Positions 29,912 through 39,695 of a stretch of 64,000 bases of DNA are shown one piece after another. A program made the translations under genes and the position numbers. Positions within the stretch are counted from its first letter, which is position 1, and each line of letters starts with the position of its first letter. The notes below the pieces were generated by a model. The model saw nothing but the letters and a program-made list of their open reading frames with translations, was not told the DNA's origin and did no database searches. Source of the stretch: Polyangia bacterium (GTDB lineage Bacteria; Myxococcota_A; Polyangia; JAAYKL01); assembly GCA_050287845.1 (NCBI GenBank), contig JBNKCR010000007.1, positions 30,930 to 94,929 of the forward strand. Direction: 5' to 3'.

Positions 29912-31327
29912 TCAGAACTGAAAGTAAATAAACGGCGCGACATCTGTCTGGGCCAATTGTTCAGATGCGACAATCAGCAAAATCACAACCGATGCCTGAA
30001 TGTATGATGGCAACCTGTCAAACCCGTGTTTCGCCGTCTCCATCCAGTTTGCGGGCACCCAGTGAATCGCCAGCGCTCCTGCCAGAACCCCTACCGCCGG
30101 CAAGGCCAGGTTTGTGATACCTAAGCCTCCTGTTGCGATTCCCTCAAAAATTCCGATTGCGGTCGAAAAGTCAGCAGCGCGGAAAAATATCCACGCGGCA
30201 CACACCACATGAAAAGTAAGCACTGTCGATAATAATTTTGCCATAAAAGGCGACAGATGGGTCTTTATTCCCGAACGCTGCGCCACTCTTGTCAAAACCA
30301 ATGTCAGCCCATGAATCGCCCCCCAGAAAACAAAAGTCAACGCGGCACCATGCCACAGGCCACCAATCAGCATCGTCGCCATCAGGTTGAAGTACGTTCT
30401 GGCCGCACCACTCTTTGATCCCCCCATGGGAATGTACAGATAGTCACGAAGCCATGTGGAAAGTGAAATATGCCAGCGTTGCCAGAAATCCCTGAGATTC
30501 GTCGCGGTATACGGTGCATTGAAGTTAATGGGAATTTCAAATCCCAAAAGTGCTGCGGACCCGATGGCGATATCGGAGTATGCGGAAAAATCCGCATAGA
30601 TCTGAAATGCATATCCATATACGGCTGCCAGAATTTCCAGACTGCTGTACATCTGCGGATTGGAAAAAACCGGATCGACCAGATGCGCACCGATATAATC
30701 CGCAATGACCACTTTTTTCACCAGACCAAAACCAATGAGAAAAATGGCGCGACTTCCTTCTTCGGCGGATACACGCGGAACCATCCAGAACTGAGGCAGC
30801 AACTTTTTGGCCCTCACAATGGGACCTGCCACCAGTTGGGGAAAAAACGACACAAAAAGCAGATACTGAAAATACCATTTCGCCGGTGTAAGCTCTTTTT
30901 TGTAAATATCAATGGTGTAGCTCAGCGACTGAAATGTGTAGAAAGAAATTCCCACCGGCAACAGCACGTTCAGATGCCACGGCTCAAGGGATAGACCAAA
31001 CACCGCCGCCAGCGCTGCGAATTCACGCGAAAAAAAGTTGAAATATTTGAATACACACAGAATTCCCAGGTTCACAAAAATGCTCAGGGCAAGAAGCGTC
31101 CTGCGCCCATTCGCACTGTTACTTTTATGAATGGCACCGCCAACAAAATAGTCAAGAGAAGACGAGAACGCAATGAGACCCAGATAAACAGGATTCCAAC
31201 TGGCGTAGAAAACATAACTGACGACCAGTAAAAATAGGATTCTGACGCGCTGGTGATTGCCCAGAAGCCACGCACCACCGAATGCTATCAAAAACAGGAT
31301 GCCGTACTGGATTGAGTTAAACGCCAT
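29912..31327 (-). CDS. MBOAT family O-acyltransferase (AlgI/PatA-like)
   Basis: LPVGISFYTFQ, FFPQLVAGPI, QIYADFSAYSD, FWQRWHISLSTWLRDYLY, GLWHGA, FIYFQF; start MAFNS at 31327. Confidence 0.95.
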   Translation of the reverse strand: MAFNSIQYGILFLIAFGGAWLLGNHQRVRILFLLVVSYVFYASWNPVYLGLIAFSSSLDYFVGGAIHKSNSANGRRTLLALSIFVNLGILCVFKYFNFFSREFAALAAVFGLSLEPWHLNVLLPVGISFYTFQSLSYTIDIYKKELTPAKWYFQYLLFVSFFPQLVAGPIVRAKKLLPQFWMVPRVSAEEGSRAIFLIGFGLVKKVVIADYIGAHLVDPVFSNPQMYSSLEILAAVYGYAFQIYADFSAYSDIAIGSAALLGFEIPINFNAPYTATNLRDFWQRWHISLSTWLRDYLYIPMGGSKSGAARTYFNLMATMLIGGLWHGAALTFVFWGAIHGLTLVLTRVAQRSGIKTHLSPFMAKLLSTVLTFHVVCAAWIFFRAADFSTAIGIFEGIATGGLGITNLALPAVGVLAGALAIHWVPANWMETAKHGFDRLPSYIQASVVILLIVASEQLAQTDVAPFIYFQF

Positions 31328-31976
31328 TGCCCCTCTCCGGGTGAACAGAACGCCCATTGAGCCATTTCCAAATCTGCTTCGCCCAGATGGTGGATTGTCG
31401 CTTATCCAGATGAAATACCTTACTTTGTCGGATTTCAAATTCGATTTCTCTGGAGTCAAGGAAAACACAGGGTTTGGATGCAGCCTGAAGCATATCGTAG
31501 AAACCATTTTTGTCTTCAATCAATGGAGGCGGCGCCACCCAGTAACACTCACGTGGTGCAATTCTTTCAGCCACACGTCGGACGTATCCGGAATATTGCG
31601 ATGGATCATCTGCACGGCTGATATTGGTTCCAAGATTGACAATCACCACGTGGGGTGCTGTTTTCTGAAGCACACGTCGGAGCTTTCCCGAACGCAGCCA
31701 GGAGCGGCTACTCGATCCTTTCCACGCATAAACGCTGTAGGTGGCTCCGGCCTGCTTGAATTTTCTTTTCAGGGTTCCTTTAAGACCCCAGTTTTCAAGA
31801 TGGGAATCTCCGATATGAAGGACGCGAACATCATGCCAATCACGCGCCGACTTTGCCGAAGAAGCGACATCGTGGACAGATTTTGCGGGAAGGGCAACTG
31901 CGATGGCGCCGGCACATATCAACGTGGCGAGCAAGATAGTGTATCTCAAAATTTTCACACTCTCCATAAACATCAA
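31317..31976 (-). CDS. SGNH/GDSL hydrolase-like exported protein
   Basis: Signal peptide, IGDSH block I, NLGTN block III, terminal His (KVFHL). Confidence 0.75.
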   Translation of the reverse strand: MMFMESVKILRYTILLATLICAGAIAVALPAKSVHDVASSAKSARDWHDVRVLHIGDSHLENWGLKGTLKRKFKQAGATYSVYAWKGSSSRSWLRSGKLRRVLQKTAPHVVIVNLGTNISRADDPSQYSGYVRRVAERIAPRECYWVAPPPLIEDKNGFYDMLQAASKPCVFLDSREIEFEIRQSKVFHLDKRQSTIWAKQIWKWLNGRSVHPERGNGV

Positions 31977-32111
31977 AGCGGCCCATTTGCCAAGATCAGA
32001 AGTTCGGAAAATGGGCCCCTTTTTATATCAATATAACAAATAATAAAGACATTTTTTCCATATTTATATATAATTACAATTGGGGAGGCGGAAAGGTTTT
32101 GTTGAAAAATG

Positions 32112-32140
32112 TTGTCTCCTGTAAGCAAGAGTGGTATAAA
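32112..32140 (+). promoter_or_regulatory. Putative sigma70-type promoter
   Basis: TTGTCT-17 nt-TATAAA with upstream TG, preceded by an AT-rich tract. Confidence 0.45.
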
Positions 32141-32147
32141 TACTTAC

Positions 32148-33506
32148 ATGGAAGCACTTTATCACACTTTATTGCCGAGTTATATTGAGCGACGCCTGGA
32201 GATGGTGTTGTTGATGGGGTTAAGCGCTTTCATGCTGTCGTGTCCAAATGTGGAAAAGGTCCATCCCAAAGGCACAGACAGCGCAAACGATTTTCTTTCC
32301 ATCGCGGATTCTCCCGGCGATGACGACGATTCCGGTGCAGATGTGGGGCCCGCAGGACTGATGGATGATCCCCGAGTGGGTATCGAAGTACCTCTCACCG
32401 GAAACGATCCCATGATAGGGTTTTATGAATCGTTGAGTTCACTGGAATCCGGAGAGCGGAAAAAAGTCCATGTCCTCCACTATGGGGATTCTCATACTGC
32501 CGCGGATTTCCTGACGACCACTATTCGTAGAGCACTGCAGCACCGATTTGGTGACGGCGGGCGCGGATTTATTCTGCTAGGTAAACCCTGGCGTTCCTAT
32601 CGTCCCAAAGATATTGAAGTTTCCGCCACCGGTGATTGGCAGGCAGAGAGAATCCTGATTGCCGCCGATCCGGCCGAACTGGATGGATTTTATGGGCTTG
32701 CAGGGATTACCACCGCCACATCAACGCCGTTTGCCCGCTCATTTGTTCAGACCAACCGGGATAGCGGTTTTGGCAAAGAAGCGTCACTGTTTGAATTGTT
32801 CTATATGGTACAGCCCAAAGGGGGCAAGTTGAAAGTCTTCGTGGATGGCAAACAGAAAGGCACTGTATCCACTGATGGCGACAGAAAGCGAAGTGGCTTT
32901 TTTAAGGTGAAAGTCAATGAGGGTGCACATGAATTTGAAGTTCGCACTGTCGGTGACGGTGAAGTACGACTGTTCGGTGCCGCGGTGGAAGCGGAACGGG
33001 GACTGGTTTACGACGCCCTCGGTGTGAATGGCGGCTTCTTTTATACCCCCCATCGATGGAACGAAACAGCGCTGCAAAAACAAATTGCCGAGCGAAACCC
33101 CGACCTGATAGTCACCATGTATGGTACCAATGAATCGGGATCCAGGAGTATTACGCCCGAAAGCTATAAGGAAAAAGTCCGCACCACTATGAGCCGATTT
33201 TCCCATGGCGCTCCAAACGCGTCCTGCCTGATGATTGGTCCACCGGATCGTGTTTCGAATAATGGCGAAGGTGAGCGCCTTACCTGGATTATCCAGGTGC
33301 AACGGGAAGTCGCAGCCGAAATCGGATGTGGTTTCATGGACCTGCGCGAAATGATGGGGGGAGAAGGTGCCCATCAGATCTGGCAGGAAGTATCCCCAGC
33401 CATGGCGCAAACCGATGGCATCCATTTAACCGTTCGCGGTTACATGCTGCTCGGTGAACGCATCGCTAGAGAAATTATTACGGCGTACGACGACCACAGG
33501 AAGTAA
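32148..33506 (+). CDS. SGNH/GDSL esterase or acetyltransferase lipoprotein (PatB/Ape-like)
   Basis: MLSC lipobox-like, HYGDSH, FGDGGRG, LGVNG, YGTNE, DGIHL; start 32148 chosen from promoter position. Confidence 0.85.
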   Translation: MEALYHTLLPSYIERRLEMVLLMGLSAFMLSCPNVEKVHPKGTDSANDFLSIADSPGDDDDSGADVGPAGLMDDPRVGIEVPLTGNDPMIGFYESLSSLESGERKKVHVLHYGDSHTAADFLTTTIRRALQHRFGDGGRGFILLGKPWRSYRPKDIEVSATGDWQAERILIAADPAELDGFYGLAGITTATSTPFARSFVQTNRDSGFGKEASLFELFYMVQPKGGKLKVFVDGKQKGTVSTDGDRKRSGFFKVKVNEGAHEFEVRTVGDGEVRLFGAAVEAERGLVYDALGVNGGFFYTPHRWNETALQKQIAERNPDLIVTMYGTNESGSRSITPESYKEKVRTTMSRFSHGAPNASCLMIGPPDRVSNNGEGERLTWIIQVQREVAAEIGCGFMDLREMMGGEGAHQIWQEVSPAMAQTDGIHLTVRGYMLLGERIAREIITAYDDHRK

Positions 33507-33550
33507 TGTACTGAACGAATCGGCAACCCAGATAAATTCACAAAGGAAAT

Positions 33551-33892
33551 ATGGTTATGGAACTGGCATCATTGCTTACCCTCACTTACTGGAACAGATT
33601 AGCCCAGGCGCACTTACCCGAACTGGTGATAATACTCACCGCTGCGGTCGTGGTCGTGCTGGACAGATACATTCGCAGAATGGTATCGAAAGCAACCGCG
33701 TCATTCAATACAGTCAGCCGATTTCTGGTATTTCTGCTGGTCTGTTCGGTGGGATATGCAGCCATGGCACTGACAGTGGCGTGGGCGCTGAGAGCCGGCA
33801 TCACTATACACGGCGGACTGTATGCCGCTCCGGCTGTGGCAGTGGTACTGCTTGTTGTGGCCATCGAAGCCCAGCGACAGAAACAGAACTGA
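33551..33892 (+). CDS. Small membrane protein (DUF3392-like)
   Basis: Three hydrophobic helices, HLPEL and R.LVFLLVC..GY pattern; AAGGA SD. Confidence 0.6.
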   Translation: MVMELASLLTLTYWNRLAQAHLPELVIILTAAVVVVLDRYIRRMVSKATASFNTVSRFLVFLLVCSVGYAAMALTVAWALRAGITIHGGLYAAPAVAVVLLVVAIEAQRQKQN

Positions 33893-33943
33893 ACGCATCG
33901 TAGACCGGACGGATCCCATATGGGAACAAAAACACCATTATAA

Positions 33944-35140
33944 ATGACCACCACGTCACATCGGATTGAAAAGATCGCCATATTTCTGAACGAATACCGG
34001 ACTTTGTGGGAACAACGTCCATTTGTGGGCATTCCCGTCCCCTGGGAAAAAGAGTGGCCCGAATTGTCCACGCTGCTTCGTGCCCTATCTGCAGAGAACA
34101 TCGAAAAGGCCGAATCAGACCCCGTAGGGTTCCTTTGTGCGTCTGAAGTGAATTCGGCACTGAGTGAAAAACTGCAGGCGTATGCAGCGGTCCCCGCTCT
34201 GATTTCAACACCCATTTCTGTCCCGCCACGGCCCTGCCATGTGGACAATCTCAAATGGCAGCAGGTGGTGTACTTCATGGAAGCAATCCGCCCTCTTCGC
34301 CCTCCCGGTGTTTCCCGATGGATAGACTGGTGCGCCGGAAAGGGACATCTGGGTTCTCTGCTTGAAAAGCAATTTGGGCAGCCGGTTCAATGTCTGGAGC
34401 GCAATCAATCGCTGGTCACCATGGGAAATCGGCTGGCCGGAGAAAACAATATTACGTTTTATCAGCGGAATGTCCTCACCGATGACGTCTCTTCGTTCAT
34501 CGACCACCGGACGGCCATTGTGGCACTCCACGCATGTGGCCACCTGAACGCCAGGCTTTTTGCACTGGCAGCATCATCGAAGCCCGCATTTATGGCGGTA
34601 GTCCCCTGCTGCTACCAACGCATTGACGGCATGCACTTCACTGCACTTTCCAAAGCCGGCATCGCTACAGGACTCCACTTTTCAAGACATCAGCTTAGAT
34701 TACCCGCCCTTGATGAAGTAAAATCAACAGCAGCGAAACGGCGCTTTCGAAAGCGGGAAATGGCATTCCGCCTTGGCGCCGACCTCCTTCTTCGCCACGT
34801 ATCCGGCGGAACCGAATACACACCGCTCGGCCATATTCCCCGATACGTCATCAGGAGTGATTTCCGGGAATTTGCGCGGTTTGCGTTTGAAAAAAACGGT
34901 AGCAACCTGCCACGGGACGTGAACTGGAAACAGGCAGAAGAAAGGGGATGGGAGCGTCAACACCTGGTCAGCGCGCTGAGTATATCCCGACAGCTGTTTC
35001 GCCGGGTGATTGAGACATGGCTGTTGCTCGATCGGGTGGCCTACCTCGAAGAAAACGGATATGCCGTCACCTATGGGACATTCTGTCCAGGAGAAGCAAC
35101 CCCCAGAAATCTTATGCTCCTGGCAACCCCCGACAAATGA
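33944..35140 (+). CDS. SAM-dependent methyltransferase family protein
   Basis: IDWCAGKGHLG, VALHACG, VPCCY, TPRN motifs. Confidence 0.88.
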   Translation: MTTTSHRIEKIAIFLNEYRTLWEQRPFVGIPVPWEKEWPELSTLLRALSAENIEKAESDPVGFLCASEVNSALSEKLQAYAAVPALISTPISVPPRPCHVDNLKWQQVVYFMEAIRPLRPPGVSRWIDWCAGKGHLGSLLEKQFGQPVQCLERNQSLVTMGNRLAGENNITFYQRNVLTDDVSSFIDHRTAIVALHACGHLNARLFALAASSKPAFMAVVPCCYQRIDGMHFTALSKAGIATGLHFSRHQLRLPALDEVKSTAAKRRFRKREMAFRLGADLLLRHVSGGTEYTPLGHIPRYVIRSDFREFARFAFEKNGSNLPRDVNWKQAEERGWERQHLVSALSISRQLFRRVIETWLLLDRVAYLEENGYAVTYGTFCPGEATPRNLMLLATPDK

Positions 35141-35172
35141 AACCAGGACTGAATTCGTCGGACGACACCCGC

Positions 35173-37257
35173 TTAAAGCGCAAACGGATATTTGATGATA
35201 ATCTTTTCTTTTTTAAACGGCGGAAGTTTCACACGCTGAACGGCCCGCACAGCGCAGAGCCCTGTGGCAGTGCCTTTGAAAGTTGAATCTATGACCTCGG
35301 ACGACACCACTTTCCCAGACGCCCCGGAAACCACCATCTGAACGATCATCTTTCCCGAAACAACCCGCGGGCAGTTCTGCACCATCGGTGCCACCTTCGC
35401 CATGGCGGATCTCACTGCCCGTTCGGACGGTCTCACGGGCATTTCTCCGGACGCGTTGTTCTCGTCCGGCACTTGCACCTTTTCAACACTGCTTTTTACC
35501 GCATCGTTCGCAGGATTATTCGCCAGACTGCTCAACGCGTCATGGTCATGTGGCCGGTCTTTTCTAAATCCATCGTTCTGCGTTGATACCTTGCCACTGT
35601 CGGGCGTATCCGCTGATACCGCTGATTCGATGCGATGTTCCGGACGCCCTGACCGATGTTTTCGGGGTTCACCGGAGTCGTTGTCACCTGCCGTTCGGGC
35701 CACATCATCGCCCACCGGAGATGTACCCGACGACTGTCCAGACGATTCCCGGGTTGCAACACTGATATGCTCCTTCGCACGCATCGGGGCAACGCCCATC
35801 ATATCCCCGGAAACCTGCGGATGGTGGACCGCATCGCCGCCGGCAAAAAACATCTTCAGTATTCCTTCCCGCTGATCGGCATTCATCCCGGTTACCATCC
35901 ATCCCCCCATCGCCATCACCACAAAAATTGCTGCAATTGCCAGCGCACGCCACCGATTTCTGGCACGTACCACACTCTGCTTTTCAGGTGGCGGCGGCAA
36001 CGACGTTCGAATGGATTGCAGTAACTCTCCGGCATCGTGTTTTTCCCAGATGACACTTCGGTGTCCGGAAAATACCTGACCTTGCAGAGAGGGGGCGGTG
36101 ACGGAATCTACAGACAAGCTGAAATTCGTGGGCTGAGATTCGGCAGCTGCGATGTCTGTGTCATCAGAAAGACGTTCAATCGTCACATATCCGGACTCAA
36201 CCGGGTCAATCCCCTGAATGCCGCGTCCTTCGGAATCCATAGCCGGAGGAGTAACCAGTGCTTCCGGTGTGGGACGGCTATCGCCAGAGGAAGACCTGAA
36301 GGGCGAATCCTCCGCGGTCTCGATCGCCTGCAATACCGCAACACTCTCATCCGGCCCGATCCTGACATCGACAGAGTCATCACTGGCATCGACCGCATTA
36401 TTCGTGTTACAATCTATCCCGTCTGCAACCGCCAGCAACGCCTTCCCGGTTTCGACCAGTCCGACAAGCTCATTGTCGGACAACACAATTTCTTCGTCCT
36501 CCGGCTCCAACGTTTCAGACAAACCCAGCAGGGGTAAAATGTCCGAAGCCACTTCAGATTCCGAAAATCGAATTACACGCTCATCGCCGGGCCGCACCGG
36601 CTTCAGCGTATCCCGTTCCGCGGGGTCATTTCCGTCGTCATCATTAAACGTTTGTAACTCCGGCAGCTCAGCCGATTCTGGCCGTTCCCGCGACTCTGAC
36701 CGCTCGGGCGACTCTGGCAACTCTGGCGGCGTTGGCAATTCCAGGAGCTCCGATGCCACCAAATCTTCCGGAATCTCCACTGACTCCAACAGTTCCGGAT
36801 TCTCTAAACTATCCAGACCGACTGACAACTCCGGCAGCTCTGACAATTTCGATGATTTCGGGGTGTTCTCCGAACCTTCCACCACCGTTTCCCACTCCCA
36901 GACGGGAGTCCGTTCGATTTCGTCAAACGCGGCATCCACCTCGGCATTGGTTTCCTCCCGTTCCGCAGCAATCAGCAATTCCGCCACAACCGACGCACTA
37001 CCCGAAACCGAGTTCGCAGCCGACGCGGCATGGCTTTCGTGAATCTGAATCTGATCCCTGACGAGATTCTCAAAGGTTTTCCGATCGCACACCCGCATCT
37101 CCACCGCTGAGTCGCTGATTGTGGTGAGTACGGCGTGGATTCTCTTGTTCTGGCGAGTCCCGCTTCGGTTTCTTGCTGAGGCATCCGCGCGAAGCCCATT
37201 CTTGCTGGCGGCAGTCCCGATGACATCCATCGGGGTATCGGTTTCATTGGCGCTCAT
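35173..37257 (-). CDS. Single-pass membrane protein with acidic disordered N-region and AgmX/PglI (TonB-C-like) C-terminal domain
   Basis: TM ALAIAAIFVVMAMGGW; C-terminal domain with two Cys ending IKYPFAL. Confidence 0.7.
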   Translation of the reverse strand: MSANETDTPMDVIGTAASKNGLRADASARNRSGTRQNKRIHAVLTTISDSAVEMRVCDRKTFENLVRDQIQIHESHAASAANSVSGSASVVAELLIAAEREETNAEVDAAFDEIERTPVWEWETVVEGSENTPKSSKLSELPELSVGLDSLENPELLESVEIPEDLVASELLELPTPPELPESPERSESRERPESAELPELQTFNDDDGNDPAERDTLKPVRPGDERVIRFSESEVASDILPLLGLSETLEPEDEEIVLSDNELVGLVETGKALLAVADGIDCNTNNAVDASDDSVDVRIGPDESVAVLQAIETAEDSPFRSSSGDSRPTPEALVTPPAMDSEGRGIQGIDPVESGYVTIERLSDDTDIAAAESQPTNFSLSVDSVTAPSLQGQVFSGHRSVIWEKHDAGELLQSIRTSLPPPPEKQSVVRARNRWRALAIAAIFVVMAMGGWMVTGMNADQREGILKMFFAGGDAVHHPQVSGDMMGVAPMRAKEHISVATRESSGQSSGTSPVGDDVARTAGDNDSGEPRKHRSGRPEHRIESAVSADTPDSGKVSTQNDGFRKDRPHDHDALSSLANNPANDAVKSSVEKVQVPDENNASGEMPVRPSERAVRSAMAKVAPMVQNCPRVVSGKMIVQMVVSGASGKVVSSEVIDSTFKGTATGLCAVRAVQRVKLPPFKKEKIIIKYPFAL

Positions 37258-37310
37258 GGTTCATCACCATTCCAAGTCTGTCGTTCTTCACCGGTAGCCG
37301 TTGCGAAACC

Positions 37311-39041
37311 TTACAGTTCGAAAGGATACCGAATCACCAGACTTTCTTTCTGAAATCTCGGAAGCCGCACTCGACGAATCTCGCGAGCCGCACACATCCC
37401 TGCCTCTGTTCCCTGGTATACGTCATCCACAACCTGCGCAGATACCACCTGACCAGTAGCTCCCGAAATAGTTATCTTGGCAATCAATTTTCCTGACTGC
37501 CCGGTACCACAATTCGATACCCGAGCGGCCACGCTCTGCATTGCAGACTGCACTTCGTCTCTCCCCGGCATCTGTGGCAACTGCGGTGAAGCATCGGGCA
37601 GAGGAAGTGCTGATACTCCCCCCAGCGCACCCTGTCCAGATGCTTTCACCTCTGGAGCTGGCGATTCTCTTGAGGGCTTGATACCTAACAGTGCTTCGAT
37701 TTCGCTCTGTTCGGCGGTACTGCGACGAGAAGGTGAACCGTCAACCACATCGTCTTTCTCTGCCGTTTCCATTGACGCAACATCGTTCGAATGCGTCGCC
37801 CCAGTGCCCGCCATTTCCTCAGAATCATCCGATGCCCGGTCATCGCCGCCCCCAGCCTCTTTGGCATCCTCGTGTCGATGCGATGATGCTCTATCCCGTC
37901 TCCCTGAATGCTTTTCCGATGATGTACCGGCTGTCACGGAGGAACTTGCCGCCGCTTCTTTCACCGTGTTTTCCATGGTAGCAGCCAGCCCTTCCAGGGC
38001 CGCAGCTGGTACTGTCGCTACCTGTACAAAATTTTCAGAAGCTTTCGCCGGCAAATAGAGATCCTCGGGCTCCGATTCGCTGAAAATCATCGTAACCAAT
38101 ACAACAAAACCGGCAATGCCCACGGCCATTTTCCAGAAATTGGCGGAAAACGTGCGGCGCCGTTTCTCCGCCACCAAAGGTGGAAACGACGTTCGAGCCC
38201 CCTGAAGTCCGTCCATTGGCCGCAGGGACGGTCTCCCTGAATAACTCGCCTGCTGAACAGCCTGGGCCGAAAACGCCAGCTGCGGTATTGTCTTTTTCGT
38301 GGGCGGCGGTACCGATGGCGACGACGGCCTTGCCACCGGCGCTGTTGTCCCGGACGCCATGGCATAACTTCCTCCAACGTGACCATACCAGCCTGGCATC
38401 TGATTTATCGATGCACCAAGAGGTGGCAGGCTGGGCATCCGATTTCCCGGCAGTACACCAACAGATGGCACACTGGATATCCGATTTCCCGACTCCCCCG
38501 CCGACGGTACGCTGGACATCCGATTTGCTGGTACATTCGCTGGCGGCACACTGGACATCCGATTTACGGGCATTCTCGCCGGCGGTGCGCTGGGCATCCG
38601 ATTGACGGGCATACCCGCTGGCGGTGCGCTGGAACGCGCGGAAATACTGGACACCGTTTCTATTTTTCGGGTCGCATCCTGATCTGACCGGTCATCCATG
38701 GCAATATTCGAAGCGCTTTGCCGGCGATAAGGTGCAGCAGATCGCCTAATCCGCTTCTTACTCCCCCGATAGATTCGGGTGGGGGCGTCGTCCTCCGGCG
38801 ATGGTTCAACCGAAAATGTCTGTTCCAGCCTCTCCTCTTCTGTCCGGATATTCTCCCGCAGTAACCGTTCATACGACAACTGATCTGCCCGCCGAACCTC
38901 ATTGGGCATTTCGATTTCCGCTATATCCCGAAACCATTCGTGAGTACCTGTTTCCGATCTTCGGCGGTCCGGCCGACTTCCATCGCTTCCACTGTATGGT
39001 GAATTCATTCGCATACGACCGTATGTCTCACGAGGTTGCAT
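37311..39041 (-). CDS. Single-pass membrane protein with Pro/Ser repeats and AgmX/PglI (TonB-C-like) C-terminal domain
   Basis: TM AVGIAGFVVLVTMIF; C-terminal domain paralogous to neighbour, ending IRYPFEL; GGAG SD. Confidence 0.7.
   Translation of the reverse strand: MQPRETYGRMRMNSPYSGSDGSRPDRRRSETGTHEWFRDIAEIEMPNEVRRADQLSYERLLRENIRTEEERLEQTFSVEPSPEDDAPTRIYRGSKKRIRRSAAPYRRQSASNIAMDDRSDQDATRKIETVSSISARSSAPPAGMPVNRMPSAPPARMPVNRMSSVPPANVPANRMSSVPSAGESGNRISSVPSVGVLPGNRMPSLPPLGASINQMPGWYGHVGGSYAMASGTTAPVARPSSPSVPPPTKKTIPQLAFSAQAVQQASYSGRPSLRPMDGLQGARTSFPPLVAEKRRRTFSANFWKMAVGIAGFVVLVTMIFSESEPEDLYLPAKASENFVQVATVPAAALEGLAATMENTVKEAAASSSVTAGTSSEKHSGRRDRASSHRHEDAKEAGGGDDRASDDSEEMAGTGATHSNDVASMETAEKDDVVDGSPSRRSTAEQSEIEALLGIKPSRESPAPEVKASGQGALGGVSALPLPDASPQLPQMPGRDEVQSAMQSVAARVSNCGTGQSGKLIAKITISGATGQVVSAQVVDDVYQGTEAGMCAAREIRRVRLPRFQKESLVIRYPFEL
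38392..38632 (-). repeat. Coding ~39-bp tandem repeat (NRMxSxP 13-aa unit)
   Basis: Core CTGGRYATCCGATT at 38431, 38473, 38512, 38551, 38590 on + strand. Confidence 0.85.
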
Positions 39042-39695
39042 CGATTACTCCATATTTTATCCGTGACGCTTTTAATACAATTAAAACGCGTCAAGATATA
39101 ATTAAGCTTAATTGTCAATTGGCACTATCAACCACAAAGACAATTTTCTGTACCATTCTTTACGTTAAGAATATTTTCATCGGAAGTCAATCAGGAATAC
39201 AAGAATGAAATGGAGCAAAATTGTACAGGAAACTTTTTTTTTCATAAGGCTGTTTTTTTTAAATTACAATGAATTCGACCGATGCGCACTTCCGCATACG
39301 CGACCTGATTCAGTTCATACGGGAACATCTCAACCGCACTCGAGGAATGATTCCAGAGCCCCCCTTATTTCACCGCTGGAGAGAAGTCCTCTCCCATGGG
39401 GGCGGCCGTACACCATCGGATCAAGCGAAGATGCAGCAGACGGAGACCAGGACGACATTGTTCAAAGCGCTTTTCTTCCGTTTTTCACCTATACTCTGTG
39501 GGGTACCCGGCCAAAACAGATGATCCGCACCAATATCACAGGGGGACTGGCAAAATTTTCCAGATTTCTGCCATATTTCGGGATACCGAGACCGCCGACG
39601 GCTTTTCACCGCACCGATATTACCCGTTCAGTACTGCACCGGATTCCCTGGGTTTTCCTTGACAATTCACTATATATGGCCCTAGATGCTTGGCC

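Noticed and set aside
38392..38632. Regularly spaced ~14-bp repeats resembling a mini CRISPR array
   Set aside because: Repeat is short and degenerate, spacing is a multiple of three, it encodes an in-frame peptide repeat, and no cas genes are present.
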